Of a stretch of DNA of 64,000 nucleotides, positions 50,982 through 64,000 are shown in pieces. Made by a program: the position numbers and the translations under genes. Under the pieces are notes generated by a model. That model saw nothing but the letters and a program-made list of their open reading frames with translations, ran no database searches and was not told where the DNA came from. The stretch lies in NCBI GenBank assembly GCA_030704615.1, contig CM060733.1, positions 66,836,001 to 66,900,000 of the forward strand, in the 5' to 3' direction. How positions within the stretch are numbered: position 1 is the stretch's first letter; every line of letters begins with the position of its first letter. This stretch comes from Takakia lepidozioides (lineage: Eukaryota > Plantae > Bryophyta).

Positions 50982-51632
50982 ATGAAGGTGGTTGCTGCCT
51001 ACTTGTTGGCACTCCTGGGAGGCAACCCTGCTCCCTCTGCCAAGGATCTTACATCGATTCTTGGTTCAGGTATGGCCACTTTGTTCGATCTTTGAGGAGG
51101 CCGCGTGAAAGGAGTTTTCTAGGTATAGCTATTTGTGTGCAATGATGGTTTGGAATGCGGCAGAGGTGTGTGAGTGGGAGCTTGATTTTGACTCTTCGGG
51201 GGGGGGGATGTTCCGTTGTTGCAGTCGGTGCGGAAGCCGATGACGAAAGAATATCCTTCTTGCTGAAGGAGTTGGATGGTAAAGATATTACGGAGGTGAT
51301 TGCTTCCGGAAGGGAGAAGTTTGCATCTGTGCCATCAGGCGGAGGCGGCGGCGGTGTTGTGGTGGCTTCCTCTGGTGGAGGTGGAGGTGCTGCTGCTGCA
51401 CCTGCCGAAGAAAAGGAGGAAAAGAAGGAGGAGGAAGCCAAGGAGGAGTCTGATGATGTAAGTCCTGCCCTATTTCTTGAATGTCTTAGTTCAAGTGGTA
51501 GTGGTGTTATGTTTCTTGCAATGTCGAAGCAATCATTGCGGCCCCTATTGTTGGTGAACAAGCTCGGAATATGGAAAGTTAATGATCGCTGTGTCTAACC
51601 TGCAGGACATGGGTTTCAGCCTTTTCGACTAA
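50982..51632 (+). CDS. RPP2: 60S acidic ribosomal protein P2
   Basis: Exons 50982-51069, 51225-51457, 51606-51632. [42 protein letters not shown]. Confidence 0.96.
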
Positions 51633-52813
51633 GCTTGGGATGCAGTTTTGCTTTGATGCTATCTCAACTGCATGTGGCTGTTGAGCATTACTTAACAGCC
51701 GTTTTATACCTGCATAGCTGGTGCTGTGGAAGGTACTGCTGCTTAGCTTCTAGGGCTTCAGAACAGGACACATCTGTTCGAAGGGGAAAAGAGGAGGAAG
51801 AGGTTACATTGAGTAAAGTGGACTAGTTGAGCATATTTTGGTTTGTGCGCTTTGGCCTAGCTCTAGGTTATACTCTTTCTTTCACATCTATCCACTGTCG
51901 GCAGTTACGTACTCATTTGGATCGTCTTATGTTGTTGTGCCGCATTTGTATGGTTGTCACATGACGTAGTGTTGGATGTATCATCACTAGCAGAGTGTAT
52001 TGACCCGAAAGTCTGGATGGGGTGCCTGTGTGGAAACTGAATGCTTGTGGTTTGTATAATCTACATGGCGCTATCACCTGATCAGCCTGGCATGTATATC
52101 AAAATCTTAGGGCAAGAAATGTTTTTTTGTAACTCGTGGCTATAGCCGCCGACAGATTATTTTGCAATTGAAGTCAGTTATGTCTACTAAAAACGAGTGA
52201 AATGCGACCTGAGTGGTGTTTGTAGCCTATTCTCTCGTTGTGGTTTTTGCCAATTATTGGCTTACCAGACATCTGAGTGACAAGCAGGAATGATCTCTGA
52301 AGATGTGTTGGGTGAAGATTTGTTGTGTGACATGGGATTGATCTGGTTTGATCCACCTAACCTAAGTCAAACATCAATGCAGTTTTCCCATTGTGGGTTT
52401 TTAGAGTTGAGGGGAAAGGGGATTACCTGAGTTTATCCACACAACTTGAATCGAACATGAATGCAAAAAGGCCTTGATGGGGAACACGATGCATTGCAGT
52501 AACGACCACAAGCCTTGTCAGAACCGTCAAAGAACAGGAACCTAAACCCAAAACCTTGTAGGTACTGGATAAGTTTCCTGTTTGGCACAAGTTGTTACAG
52601 TGAAGCTGTTTGTGATGACAAGATCGATTATCGTAAAAAAAAAGAAAAGCAAGTTTAAACATCCCCTAGTCAAAAATTAGGTAACGAAAATTATTCAATG
52701 ATTTGTCGTCTACAGCAACCTGCTCTAGATTAAGTTTACACATGTGCAATCACAACCTTGCACCACCAATACATCTGAAGAGGGGGAAACAGTTTGGAGA
52801 AATTTGAAATTTG

Positions 52814-55800
52814 CTACAAAGGGACCTCTGATATTTCCAAAGATGATATATTATCACCCCAAATGTTCTTGTTCATATTGTGAGTGAGGGGGACCACTGC
52901 ATTTGGCCACTGCTGCAACTGGTGCACTACATATGACATTCGTGGCCGCATTGCCGGAACATGTTGGGTACATGCATAGATCAGGTCTACTAACCCCTGG
53001 ACCTGGCTAGGATCCGGAATGGTGAATATAGCAGGATCCACAAGCTCCCCAAATTGTTGTGACTGGACCAAAGGAGTGGCCCACTCAAACAAGCTTTGCC
53101 AATCGGGTGTCTCCACTTCAACAGTCGGCTTGCGTCCTGTTATCAGTTCAAGAAGTAGCACCCCAAAGCTGTATACATCACTTTTTGTTGTGAGTTCATT
53201 TCTGTACACAAATTCCGGGGCAAGGTAACCATAAGTTCCAGCAGCCACTGTGTGTCCTTGAGTGGCCTCCCGCAGCACCAACTTAGCTAGGCCCACCCCA
53301 AGAATATGTGCATCAAAAACATCATCCAATAGCACATTGCTTGCCCGTATGTCCCTGTGCACCACATGTGGCTTCAATTTGTCGTGTAAGAATCTGCACT
53401 CATCACCCCCACAGGGTGCAACCTGTCATTCTGATTCTCTCTCTCTTTGTCTGCTGGATTATCTCTCTCTCTCCGCCTATTTTTGACAAAGTGGGGCATA
53501 AAACTTCCCTAGACTTGTTTCTAGTTAGTGAGGACCTTACGGATGATCTGAACAGCCTACCTACCCTCGCCACTTGACTCAAATTTAAAGTCAAGAGTCT
53601 ACCTTTGAACAATAACAGAGAGGATAGGGAGCTCTATGTGCAGGCAGCCTAAAGACAATATCCATTTTCGCATACAATGTCCAGGGTATTCTCATCAGAG
53701 AGCAACCCTCTTTCCGACCATCAAGAGCAGAGTCCCTGCACTTCTGTTCACCAACCTTCAAAATCTCGAGGCTCGGCCGAAAGCCCTGGCCCTGTTGGAA
53801 TCTAATTGCTAGTCAGCTCACACACAGCTCATTGGTGCTTGTGTGGAGGGATTTCTAGAGGAAATCTAGAAAGCCCAAACTTATTGTTTACACCAACGTA
53901 AGTCCACTACTGGAGTTCGTCCCTCACAAAGGTTTTTTCCTCTTGTTCCACCCAAACTGGGCACAGGGTCTATGGCTACAAGGCTACAGCCAACGTCCTC
54001 TTATGATTTCCACCTATTTCTCCAAGAACGCACAAACCATCCACTGAATGACATGCCTCAAGAACATAAGCAGAAAAAAAAGATGGACATACACCAGACA
54101 ATCCAGGGAGACAGTCAAGAGGAGAAGGAACTCACGCAATGCCTTGGGCTACAGTGGTAGCAATACGCATGCGCTCGGGCCAATCAAGGGGACGGAATCC
54201 TTGTGGCACGTTGTGCAGCCACTTGTCAAGAGCACCATTTGGCACAAACTCATAAACAACAATCCCTTTCCCACTTTCGTAGCAACAACCTTTCACTACT
54301 ACTATGTTGGGATGCTTTAGCCGTGCTATCCGCGCCATGTCTTGCACAAACTCCTTCTGGCTCTGAGGCCCTGACCAGTGCAGCATCTTAACGACCACAG
54401 GGGTACCATCCGGCAGCATTCCTTTGTAAGTCCCACCCTCAGGACGGATGTCCCCAAGCAAATTTGCTTCAGAGAAGTGTTGCGTGGCATTCTCTAATTC
54501 ACTCATTGTGTACAGCCTAAACGCAGGCAAGACAAGCCCTGTGGCATCTGCCGGGCTTCTAAGCTTTCGTCGACGTGACCTCCGCTGTCTTTTACTTCGT
54601 CGGTAAGCCAGCAGAAATGTCATGACGCCCATGGTGGTTGAAAATATAAGTGAGCTTACAACTGCCAACATGATGATGTACTCCTTGTGGGCAGCCTTTT
54701 GCTTGCATTCTCGCTCTGCGAACACAGCCGTGTACAGCCTTCACGTATCGCATGGGAAAGAACTTGTTAAGTAAGCAACGTTCTGGACTGTCTAATTTTC
54801 CAGCAAAGAGTTGCATACAAACTCCTACCTGTGACAGTAAGATTGAGTGGCTAGAAATCCAGATGTTAGTACTTTGTATGACAGCAGACAGCCATGTACA
54901 TCCTTCACGTATCACATGGAAAGAATTTGTTAAATAAGCAATGCTCTGGACTGTCTAGTTTTCCCACAAGAGTTGTACACAAGTCTGTAATAGTAAGATC
55001 AAGTGGCTAGAAGTCCAGATATGAGTACTTGTATGACAGTTGCATCTACTATAAAGCTACAGGGATGTATTCCAGTGGATTTGTGACCTAAGATGGTGGT
55101 AAATTTTAGACAACTTCACAATTGTGCGATTGGAAATGAACGCACCAAAAACGGATGAGCTCAAAACCAAGATGAAGGCAAACAGAGTAGTCCCCCACCT
55201 TGTCCGAGAGAGCAGATATAGGAGTGCTTGGAATTGCAGAAATCCCAGACAATCATTGTACTGGTTACCAGTGTGCACATTAAGGGCAGCTGTGGGTTTG
55301 GGCAAATTGTCGCATTTGCACAGTTGCTGAAGAGCTTGGGTATCCATGGCTCGTCAACATCATGTGACATGTGGCAGTTGCTCCACCGCCACTGTAGAAC
55401 CCCATTCCTAGATTGAGCCTCCTGCAAATTGAAAAAGCTCTAAGTGTAAGACTCTTAAAGAGGAGTATCAATTCAGAACTGTCCATGACTGACAGAAGGT
55501 CCTCAACCATATTGAAGTAAACCAGTCCATTGTGGATGGAATTTAGTCAAGTATAGATTGGTAATACTTGTGTAAGATATACACCATTTAGTTGAATCGT
55601 AAATTCTCCAAACTTTCCCTTGACTGTACCCAAACAGGGTGCACATCCACTGTGATCCCCTGTCAACTCCATAAATCCATTTTGAACTCAATTAATACAA
55701 CCGTGGCAAACCCCCATCTACCCACTAACATAGCTGTACAGGAATAATACCCCATTGAAGGTTCCTCACGAGCCTTTCTTCATAGCTGTTATGTTTTTGG

Positions 55801-56647
55801 TCAAGAAGATGCTGTGTCACTGTATATGGAACTAGGATTGCTAGAATTGCACCTACAATAGAAATACAGTAGCCAATAGGTCACCGCCAGGGTTTTCATG
55901 TGCCTTTCTAACTTCCATCCTGCAAGAGTACAATGTTATACTCCAGCAGTGTCATACTAGTCACCAGCAGTTGTGATCCATCAACATCCAGTAATAACCA
56001 CCTGAGCAAGTCCCATTGACCCATATGATACATGGATGTTTTTTTCTAGCTGGCAAACATTGTGAGGAGAACTACAGACCTCCTGGCCTCCCACCCAGCA
56101 ACCACCTGGGGCCTCGATGCTGCAAATGGCTTGCACATACTGGTATTCGTCTTCAGTATTCAAAGATGCAAGATGCCCACCATGTGCTCTGCACAGAGTC
56201 TCTGAATCATCCCAGGTGTTTGTGTTGGATAATATAGAGAGACACACACTTTCATTGTACCCTGGCTGCCATCCAAGAGGGCAATTTCCTGCACAGAATG
56301 CCCTTCAATTAATTAGTGATTTGGTAGACATCATAACCACCACTGGCAAGGAGACTCTTGTTCTAAGACCTGACTCCCAAGAGCTTATGGACATATCCAT
56401 TCACCCCTGCTCATCAATGCTGTCTGGGACTACCCTTGTGTGTCCATGCCAAGTTCTTTGTATTGAAGACAAGCCTCTAGTGGTTGTCTCCACTACAACA
56501 CTCATGTGACTCAACCTCCAGAACTTCTGATTGCTAATCACCTACAGCAAGCACTAAAAGAGATTTTGCAAAACAATGGAGTAAGTGAAGTCTGAGAGAC
56601 CTCCAAGATGCAGCTGTCGCATACTGAAGAGGCCCTGGGTGCACCAT
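52814..56647 (-). CDS. C-type lectin receptor-like kinase (At1g52310-like)
   Basis: C-type lectin (CPLGW..TWDDSETLC..GGHLASL..CWVGG..WRWS), TM helix, kinase exons 54716-54136 and 53393-52814 (HRDIRASNVLLD..GVGLAK..GTYGYLAPE). N-terminal exons are approximate. Confidence 0.88.
54724..55039. repeat. Intronic ~164-bp tandem duplication
   Basis: Units start with ACAGCC at 54724 and 54888; diverged copies. Confidence 0.85.
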
Positions 56648-57959
56648 AACACCTAGGGAGGGTATGAACAGGTGGAGTAATAGTATTGAAGACCGACAAT
56701 GCTCAACAAGAAAGTAGGTCAAGAATAGCAACTTGGATAGGAGGATAACAAAGCAGCATTGCTGCTCTTTCACCTCCCTTGAATGCATGTCGATCTTCAG
56801 CTCACACTCTGATTCTCTCCAAATCTCAGATAAGTCCTTTCCAAAAAAATTCAAATACAATCTTAGGTTCATTTATTACCAGCCTCTCGATGTGCTCTGC
56901 GACTAAAGAAAAATGTACAATGAAAGAGATGAAATACAATATTTGAAGATCACCAAGAGCCTTGCAACCAGAACTGCTCGCTTGCCATTTCAGCACAGAA
57001 GTAGCAGCCAAAAATGAAGTTGCTCATGATTTATCATCTGGATCAGTGACTAACTTGAAACTCTCTGGTTAGTCAAAGTAAGCCGGGTAAGGTGAGAAAG
57101 GGGTATGAAAGCTTACCACAGTGTGAGGCAGAGATCGAATAGAGAAGGCAGCAAGCCAGCAGCAGGAACTGAACTCTTACTGTCTGTGTCAGGCATGCCT
57201 TCATGCCCTGCCTGCCCCCACCCCGCCACTATTGCCATGAACACTCCACTCAAACCTTTCTGCATTCGCTTTTCCCTTGTTTACACAAACACGCAATAGA
57301 CATTTTTCTATGTGTGCTTGTACGTTTGCTTGAGGACAGACAACATTGACAAGGACGACCCATGATCATTGAGAACTGGGGACGAGGAACAGCAACAGGA
57401 ACTCGTCACAGACCGTGGAAGAAAAAACGAGTGAATGCCCAAACGAGCAGCCAATGAAATGCATCAGCAACAAGGAGTCGTCACCCATCCCGTCTGGAGC
57501 TAAGGCAGGGAGGAGGACGCATCATATTTAGAAACACCATCCACCACACACAGGACAGGAGACTCACCGTGGAGGGAGAAACGGACACAGAAATCGTCAG
57601 AGGTCTCCCTCTGAGCTGCACTCCCACACAGACAAAGTAACCAAGGGAGAGAGAAGCTCTCCAGACTGCAACTCACGAGTGCTGTGCATTGAGGCTCTAC
57701 AATACCACGGCTGCTTCTCCAGCCGAGAGAGAAACCTACACCATAGCCAAAACCCAACTGAACAAATCCTCCTCTCTCTAAGTTACCACATGGCTCGCAG
57801 GCTGCCCCACCCACCTCAAATCCTCGCAGCAGACGCCATAACCAGACCTTGCCATCTCTCGCGCTCGCACTGCACGCCCACTGCGAGAGCGCCGCACGTG
57901 CGAGCGTGGTCTGTTGGTTTTTCAAAGTCCTCCCAACTGCTCCCTCATAATTACGTCTC

Positions 57960-58207
57960 TATTTTCTTTTTATTATCATTATTATTATTTTTAAAGGAAA
58001 CCTGAGAGCGACTGCTCACAATTCAGGCCCTTGAGGAGGGGGAAAAATTAACCCCCTTTCAGATAAGCCATTAGGCACAAAGGTGGGAAACTTCACCACC
58101 AGACCAACCGGTCACGAGCGATCCACACACCAGGCAGGGCAGCGGGTTTGAACCCCGAACCACCAGGGCGACACACTGTGCACTTACCAGCTGAGCTACC
58201 AGCTGAT
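57960..58207 (-). mobile_element. tRNA-derived SINE
   Basis: A box TAGCTCAGCTGG (58198-58187), B box GGTTCAAACCC (58154-58144), ~150-nt body and an (AAT)n/A-rich tail. Confidence 0.75.
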
Positions 58208-58308
58208 GTGCGTTTATTTATTTTAAAACCCTGACTCTAAAACGCTTCTGCAATGTCGGGTAAGTACCAAGCATGGTGAGGATATGTCCCAGCTCGAGAT
58301 GGGTATCC

Positions 58309-59898
58309 CTAGCAACAAAGTAGTATCACAATATTATTCGTGCGGGCAGGCCTATCTGCAGAGAGTATGTAATAAGAGAGAGGATCTGGAGTAGTTGCAG
58401 TAGCTATATGACTTGAAGCACAACAGTCGCAGTGGCGAAAAGAAGGCAGGCTGGATGGGATGGTCCGGAGCATCGTGTTTGACAGGGGTGTCATAAAGAT
58501 AGTTTTCAGGAGTTTATTGACAAAGAGCACAGTGCGTGGTAGGGTTTCCACAAAAGTAGCTGCATGCAAGACTTTATCTGCAAAGAGCATAATATATGAC
58601 GGGAGCATCACGGAACTAGTTTTTAAGAACTTCACTGCAAAGAGCACGGTGTTTGACACAGTTTGTGAGCGATTGTCTGTAGTTTGCGTAGCATGTGGTG
58701 GAAAATTCATGTAAGTAGCAGTCATGACAGTAACTTCAATAGACAACATCCATGATGGAAGTTTCACATTAACAAAGATTTTCAATGCAGTGTTTGTAAT
58801 GGGCATATTGCATAGTATGGATTTCATCGGAGTAGTTCCCAGGAGATAATCTGTAGAGACGAGAGAATGACATATGGTTGGGCAGGGAGGTAGCAAGTTC
58901 AACAATTTTATCAAAGCATTCAGCTTGAGGTGGAGGCTTGGTATGCCGGCTAGTGATTTGAAGGCAATATGATTTGAAGAGCATAGATTTAGGTACTTAT
59001 CTTGTACATTGGCCTGGACCGAGGTCATTGTGTGGAGAGCAGAGAGGCGAACCAACTGGGGTGCGAAGACGCCACTTAGCACATCAGTGAGAGAGATGCT
59101 AGAGGGCTGGTGTTGGTATGTGCCTTTGCTGGTTGAGAGGAGATTGAACCACCAGCAAGCTCCTGCCCTTACATCTGCGGTCCCTTGGTGTTGCTCTAGC
59201 AGCGATGGGGGAGAACAGATTGGAATGTAACCTTTCATCGACAGTGTGGTGAAACCCAACTTAGTTCTTTGAATTCCTGACACCATTGTCGGCAGCATCT
59301 CATGTTCGTATGCACTTTCTGTGTAAAGACAGGAGCATTTGCCAAGCCCTGTTCGACCTGCACAACCTGTCTTCTGTTGTGCTGTAGCTTGGGAGATTGG
59401 AGTGATGATCATAGAGACCAGGGCCAGCTCTGGGTTATACGTTTTATGCTTTTTATGCTTTGCAAACCCTGGACTGTCCATATAATGAGTCCCATCAACA
59501 GTAAGAGAAGCCACATGATGCTCGGGGTGCCGGTCTTGAGCCTGTGGGCAGGTAGCAGCCTTGATGTGGGATCGCACATCTTGCTGGGGGGAACTCGGGG
59601 GCAGAAGTGGGTGCAGCTGAATGGTCAAATAATCCAAGCTCCTATATGTCTGCAACGGGGTGCGGCGGCAGTTCCGTATGCAGTTTTTGAGCGCTAGAAG
59701 GCCCAAACTGTTATGAATCACAAAAGAATCCGTCGCATTTCTACACCAGTAGGCAGATTTGTGGTGCTTAGAGAGGGAGTTTATACGACTTTGAGGTACC
59801 AACTCTCTGATTCGCGGATTGTTTCGTGGAAGGCGGCAAAATAGAAGGCGCATTTGGCGGGCAATTGTCAAACTTATATAGATTGCAACACCATCCAA
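58309..59898 (-). other. 529-codon open reading frame of unknown nature with internal repeats
   Basis: Stop-free from ATG to TAG; NTVLF/IMLF/RTVLF/NTML repeats at 58465-58660; no recognisable domain. Confidence 0.35.
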
Positions 59899-59899
59899 T

Positions 59900-62551
59900 G
59901 GCGCTCACGTATCCCCATCCTCAACTGACCATGAATGGGCCAGACTCACCCAAAACCCCACAACTCAAATATATCCCAGCTGACCACCATTATTCCAGGC
60001 AGGGCAGCCTCAACTCAACTATTCATCCCTAAGTCTACTAGACGGCTTCTACCTCAAAACAAACAACACAATTCCATCCTACCTCCGTAGTCACATGCAT
60101 ATCCATAGCCTATGCAACTCCGACCACTACCCTGTATCCATCTCCCTCCCACCGTCCCTCGTCCCTTTTCGACTCCTTCCGGATATACTCACCCCGCCCC
60201 CACAGCCGCGGATCCTTTCACATATACCACAGTGCAATATCACAGCCCTCCAAAAACACTTCCAACCTACCTCCTCTAACTTCATACACAAAATATCCCC
60301 AATACTGTTAGACACCAACCCACCGAAGCCTGGGCCATAACTGAAAACCTACTTACAGCCACTATGCAAGAAATGACAAAAAGTGTTCTGGCTACATGCT
60401 CCTCTCCCCCTGACCTCCCACAAACTACTCGATCCACACAAAATGGAGGCTATCTCACCTGCACCCAAAAACGCGAATGGACTCTACACTTCAACATCTA
60501 TCACTCCATTAGACGCGCCCTCTCCATCACTCCTACCCGCCCAACCCCCTCATATAACAATTGGCAAGTTGACCCACGTATTACTGCCTTGAACACCTTA
60601 CCAATATGCCAACCATTAATGCCTCCCCCCACAGACCTGCTTGCTCTCCCCTAGTGGACCGCCTCTCTCTCCAAGATTGGAAGAGATGCCAAAAAAGCTG
60701 CATATGCTATCACAAAGCATAAAGCCACCGAAAACCACAAACAATTCGTCACTTCCTTTGGAAAGCTACTACACAACCACCCCAAAAAAGCTCACAAAGC
60801 CATCTTCAACCCCGCAATCAACCCACCTATCGACTCCATCAAACACACACTTGCCATATGTTAACTCACCCTGAGGATATTAGACATGAAATCTGGCTAC
60901 AAGCTTCTGACTCATACACACCCACGGTCAATAACTGCTTGCACCCTAACCTACACCAACACAACTGTTTATGTAAAGTAAAACACTACCCATGGCATGA
61001 TCTTGATGGCTTCTCACTTGAAAAGTGAGGCCGACCCGAAGACCACATCATTAACTTCTTTACCTAGGACCTATTCAACTCATGCCTAAAAGCTCTTTCT
61101 AAATCAAAAGCCCCGGGCCCGGATGTAATCCCCAACGCCATCCTACAAGCACTTGACCCCAGTTCCATTCTCTCCTCTTTAAAATTTTTCAACTTTGCTA
61201 CCTACTTCAACGTATCCCACTCTCCTGGAAACATAGCCGAACCATTCTATTATTCAAAAAAGATGACCCAACAGATCTAAGTAATTACAGACCAATAGCC
61301 CTCGCCAACACTATCTATAAATTATTCACCAGTACCCTAACAAGGATGCTGTCTAATTACGGAGAACAACACCATATTTTAAGCGACCCCCAAGAAGGGT
61401 TTTGGGCCACACGAAGCACAATCCGTCAGATACAATACGTTATCTCCGCCCTAGAAGACGCTAAGCTTACCAAACAAGACATCTACCTCCTCTATATCGA
61501 CTTCAAAAACGCCTTCGGCTCTCTGGACCACCCTAGATTATTGGCCATCATGTCAGATCTAGGTTACCCACCGACGCCCATCCAACTCATCGGTAACATC
61601 TACACCAACAGCACCACAGAATATTCTGGTTCCTAATATGGCTCCACCCCCCCCAATTCACATCCTACGCGGCACCATCCAAGGGGACACGTTAAGCCCC
61701 TATCTCTTCATTATCTTCCTTGAACCATTACTAAGATGGCTCGCCCGAGGCAACTTAGGATACCAATACAAAACCTCTACTAACGAAATATCCGCAGCCG
61801 CTTACGCAGATGACCTCGCTATCCTAGCACACAAGCCACAACATCTCAACCGCTAGGTCGATAAACTCTCCCGCTTTAACCAATGGTCAGGCATGGAACT
61901 GAGTCTTCACAAATGTGCGGTCACTGCAGTCACACATAATAGCAAATTCACTAAATCTACGATCGCCTCCCATTGCAAGCTCCACATCCGTTACCAACAA
62001 AAACCTTTTCCCTTTTTAGATCCAGATGAACCCTACACATACCTAGGCATCCAACTAGTCCCATCGCTTACCTGGAACATCCAAAAGCAAACAACTCTCT
62101 CCAAACTAAACAACAAGAGCCTAACCCTTCTCAAATCCCCCTTTTCCATTCGTCCCAAACTAGTTATCATCCAACAAGTCCTCCATCCACAAATCCAATA
62201 CGCCTTTCATGCAGCCCCATTTTCCCTGCCTGACATTAGACAGCTGGACAAAAATATTGTCCAACTCACCAAACGTATACGTGGATTACCTACCAGTACC
62301 CCCAACGTCCTCACTCAGCTCCCCCATGACAATTATTATGGCATAGGATCCACTCCTCTTATTATCTCATATGCCCGCATACTTGGTACACAACTCCTAG
62401 AAGCCCTGAACGACCCGGGTCATCTAGGGCTCATTTTCCAAGGACTACTCAAGCACCTTGCCTCCAAATACAACGGGCTACACTCCCTCCCCACCCTCCA
62501 CCCCCAATCCTGCCTCCACTCACCCACCGCCCGCACCCTCTTTCTCCTTCG
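59900..62551 (+). mobile_element. Decayed non-LTR retrotransposon (AP-endonuclease C-terminus + reverse transcriptase), cut by an LTR
   Basis: LDGFY and SDHYPV (APE end); KAPGPD, NYRPIALANTIYK, PQEGF, YIDFKNAFGS, GTIQGDTLSP, AYADD, YTYLGI. Multiple stops and frameshifts. Confidence 0.9.
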
Positions 62552-63025
62552 TGTCAAGTTAAATAAACACAGTGTGAAACTAACTAGAATAAATCTAGCT
62601 ATTTGTATTTAACACTTGGAATTAGTTCAAGTGTTAAGTCAGGTATCAAGTTTAGCTTGACACCTAAACTATCTTATCTTCACGAGCTCGTCGGTCGTGC
62701 GGCTCATCTCTCTCGAGTTGAGCCTGCACGACCGAGCTCCCTCGTTGCTTAGCATCTGAGTGTACTTATGGAGGGAGAGTAGGATGTTGTGGGATAGAGT
62801 CCCCATAGCTTGGGGTGCCCCTGGCTCGACTCTTATTTTAACAAGTGATTGTGTTGTATTTCGTGTTTCTGTGTCATCAGACAGTGTGAGTTTAGTTTTC
62901 ATATCACTCGAGAGAGATCCTAGCTTGCATATGTGAGTGCCAATGTGAGTTTAGTATTAGCACTTGTGGTTTTTGTTTTGAAAGTGAGAGAAGAAAATTA
63001 TAGTCTGTAGATTATGGTTGTGACA
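62552..63025 (+). mobile_element. LTR (TGTCA...TGACA)
   Basis: 5-bp terminal inverted repeat and homology to 10228-10540. No TSD seen. Confidence 0.7.
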
Positions 63026-64000
63026 AGCTGGAGACAGAAAAATGATTATCTGTGTTGAGGTAATCTTCAATTAGAAAGACGTCAAGTTTGGCCACTTGAA
63101 CGATGGTTAGAAAACGCGGTGAAACCTTCTACTGCCTAGCTTTGTCATCATTGTTGCCATCATAAGGCTGACTTCAGCTGCCAACGATGTGTTTGGCCGA
63201 CGACATTGGCACGACTGGTTTGTGAATGGAAACCACGGACAGCCGCTCTGACCATGGAGCTGCAAATCAGGTAATCTGTATTGAGTGAGGTTTCTGGGAA
63301 GCAGAACGATCGGAAAAATGCTCCTGGTTATGGTTTTGGTTAAAGGCCGAGTGAGAAGCAGTTGTTGCCATTGCTTTATGGGTTAGCATGACAGGGGCAA
63401 GAATGCCGAGAGAATGCAGGTGTGGCACATCGGATTGTGAGCGGATCATTTCAGAAGAATAAACACGGTACTGTTGGCTGAATAGTACGTCGAGCATGTC
63501 ACTCATGTGTACTGTGATAGGGCCTGTTTTTAATGGAGTCCTGAAGTTGAAGCTCAAACGCTCCCGAAGTCCCTCTTTTTCTGTGCTCGGGTTGATTTTT
63601 CGTGGTTGCCGATTTTTCCTTGCATGCTTTTGGTTTTTATAACACCATCACTGGGTTCGAGTATGACAAGTTCTACAACAGAGTTTCTTCACACTTGAGC
63701 ATATGTGCGGAGCTGCCTGGATGGTTTTCTTGCCTAGTCCACGACATCTGCTTTGCTGCTAGTATGCCAGAGCTGCATCGCAAAGATTACTGGGGCTGGA
63801 AAATAACCAATAACGTGTCGCTAGGTTGCCTGGAAAAGAAAGCTTGTAAATATGGGCCAGATCGTGACTTGGTAATATTCTCATTCTGATCTGCGGTCTC
63901 TTTCGCATCTCTATTGTATTCATGGGCTCAAATGTTGAGCGGTGTTGAATCTAGTGGTGTGAAGGTGGAGGAGTTCGATTACTTGGACGATGGGAGAGAT

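Noticed and set aside
58135-58207. tRNA gene
   Set aside because: A and B boxes are present but there is no convincing acceptor or anticodon stem, and a body plus A-rich tail follows, which fits a SINE.
63030-64000. Gene or LTR-internal region after the LTR
   Set aside because: There is no clear PBS or recognisable motif, and the frames are short and interrupted.

Overview
Eukaryotic nuclear DNA from a land plant. It has short GT-AG introns, compact genes and many PLS-class PPR-DYW remnants, so a non-seed plant such as a hornwort is my inference, not a certainty. The first ~19.6 kb is nested mobile DNA. It holds a Ty3/Gypsy fragment and a ~7 kb piece of a Mutator-like (MULE) element. That element carries a GCM-type zinc-finger DDE transposase, an orphan ORF and a ParB/Srx-motif (DGNHR) gene, arranged around an array of GTCGG-NN-CCGAC palindromes. 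It is followed by a Gypsy integrase ending in a PHD finger and by scrambled OSB-PDF-PPR-E-DYW pseudogenes. Each PDF block ends in the same hairpin+CTAG terminus (Helitron-like), and a third copy lies at 37.6-38.85 kb. From 20 to 57 kb the window is gene-rich: a small TM protein, CTF7/ECO1 with CAT9-derived upstream exons, an L1-like ORF1 relic, a PPR-DYW pseudogene, an orphan gene, a TIR element carrying a plastid APX fragment, RNC1, NF-YC, ribosomal P2 and a C-type lectin RLK. The end of the window has a tRNA-derived SINE, a 529-codon orphan ORF, a decayed LINE and an LTR. The best candidates for undescribed systems are (1) the MULE + ParB-like + palindrome-array element and (2) rolling-circle-like mobilisation of PDF-PPR-DYW fusion genes. 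All homology calls come from motif recognition by eye; no searches were run.
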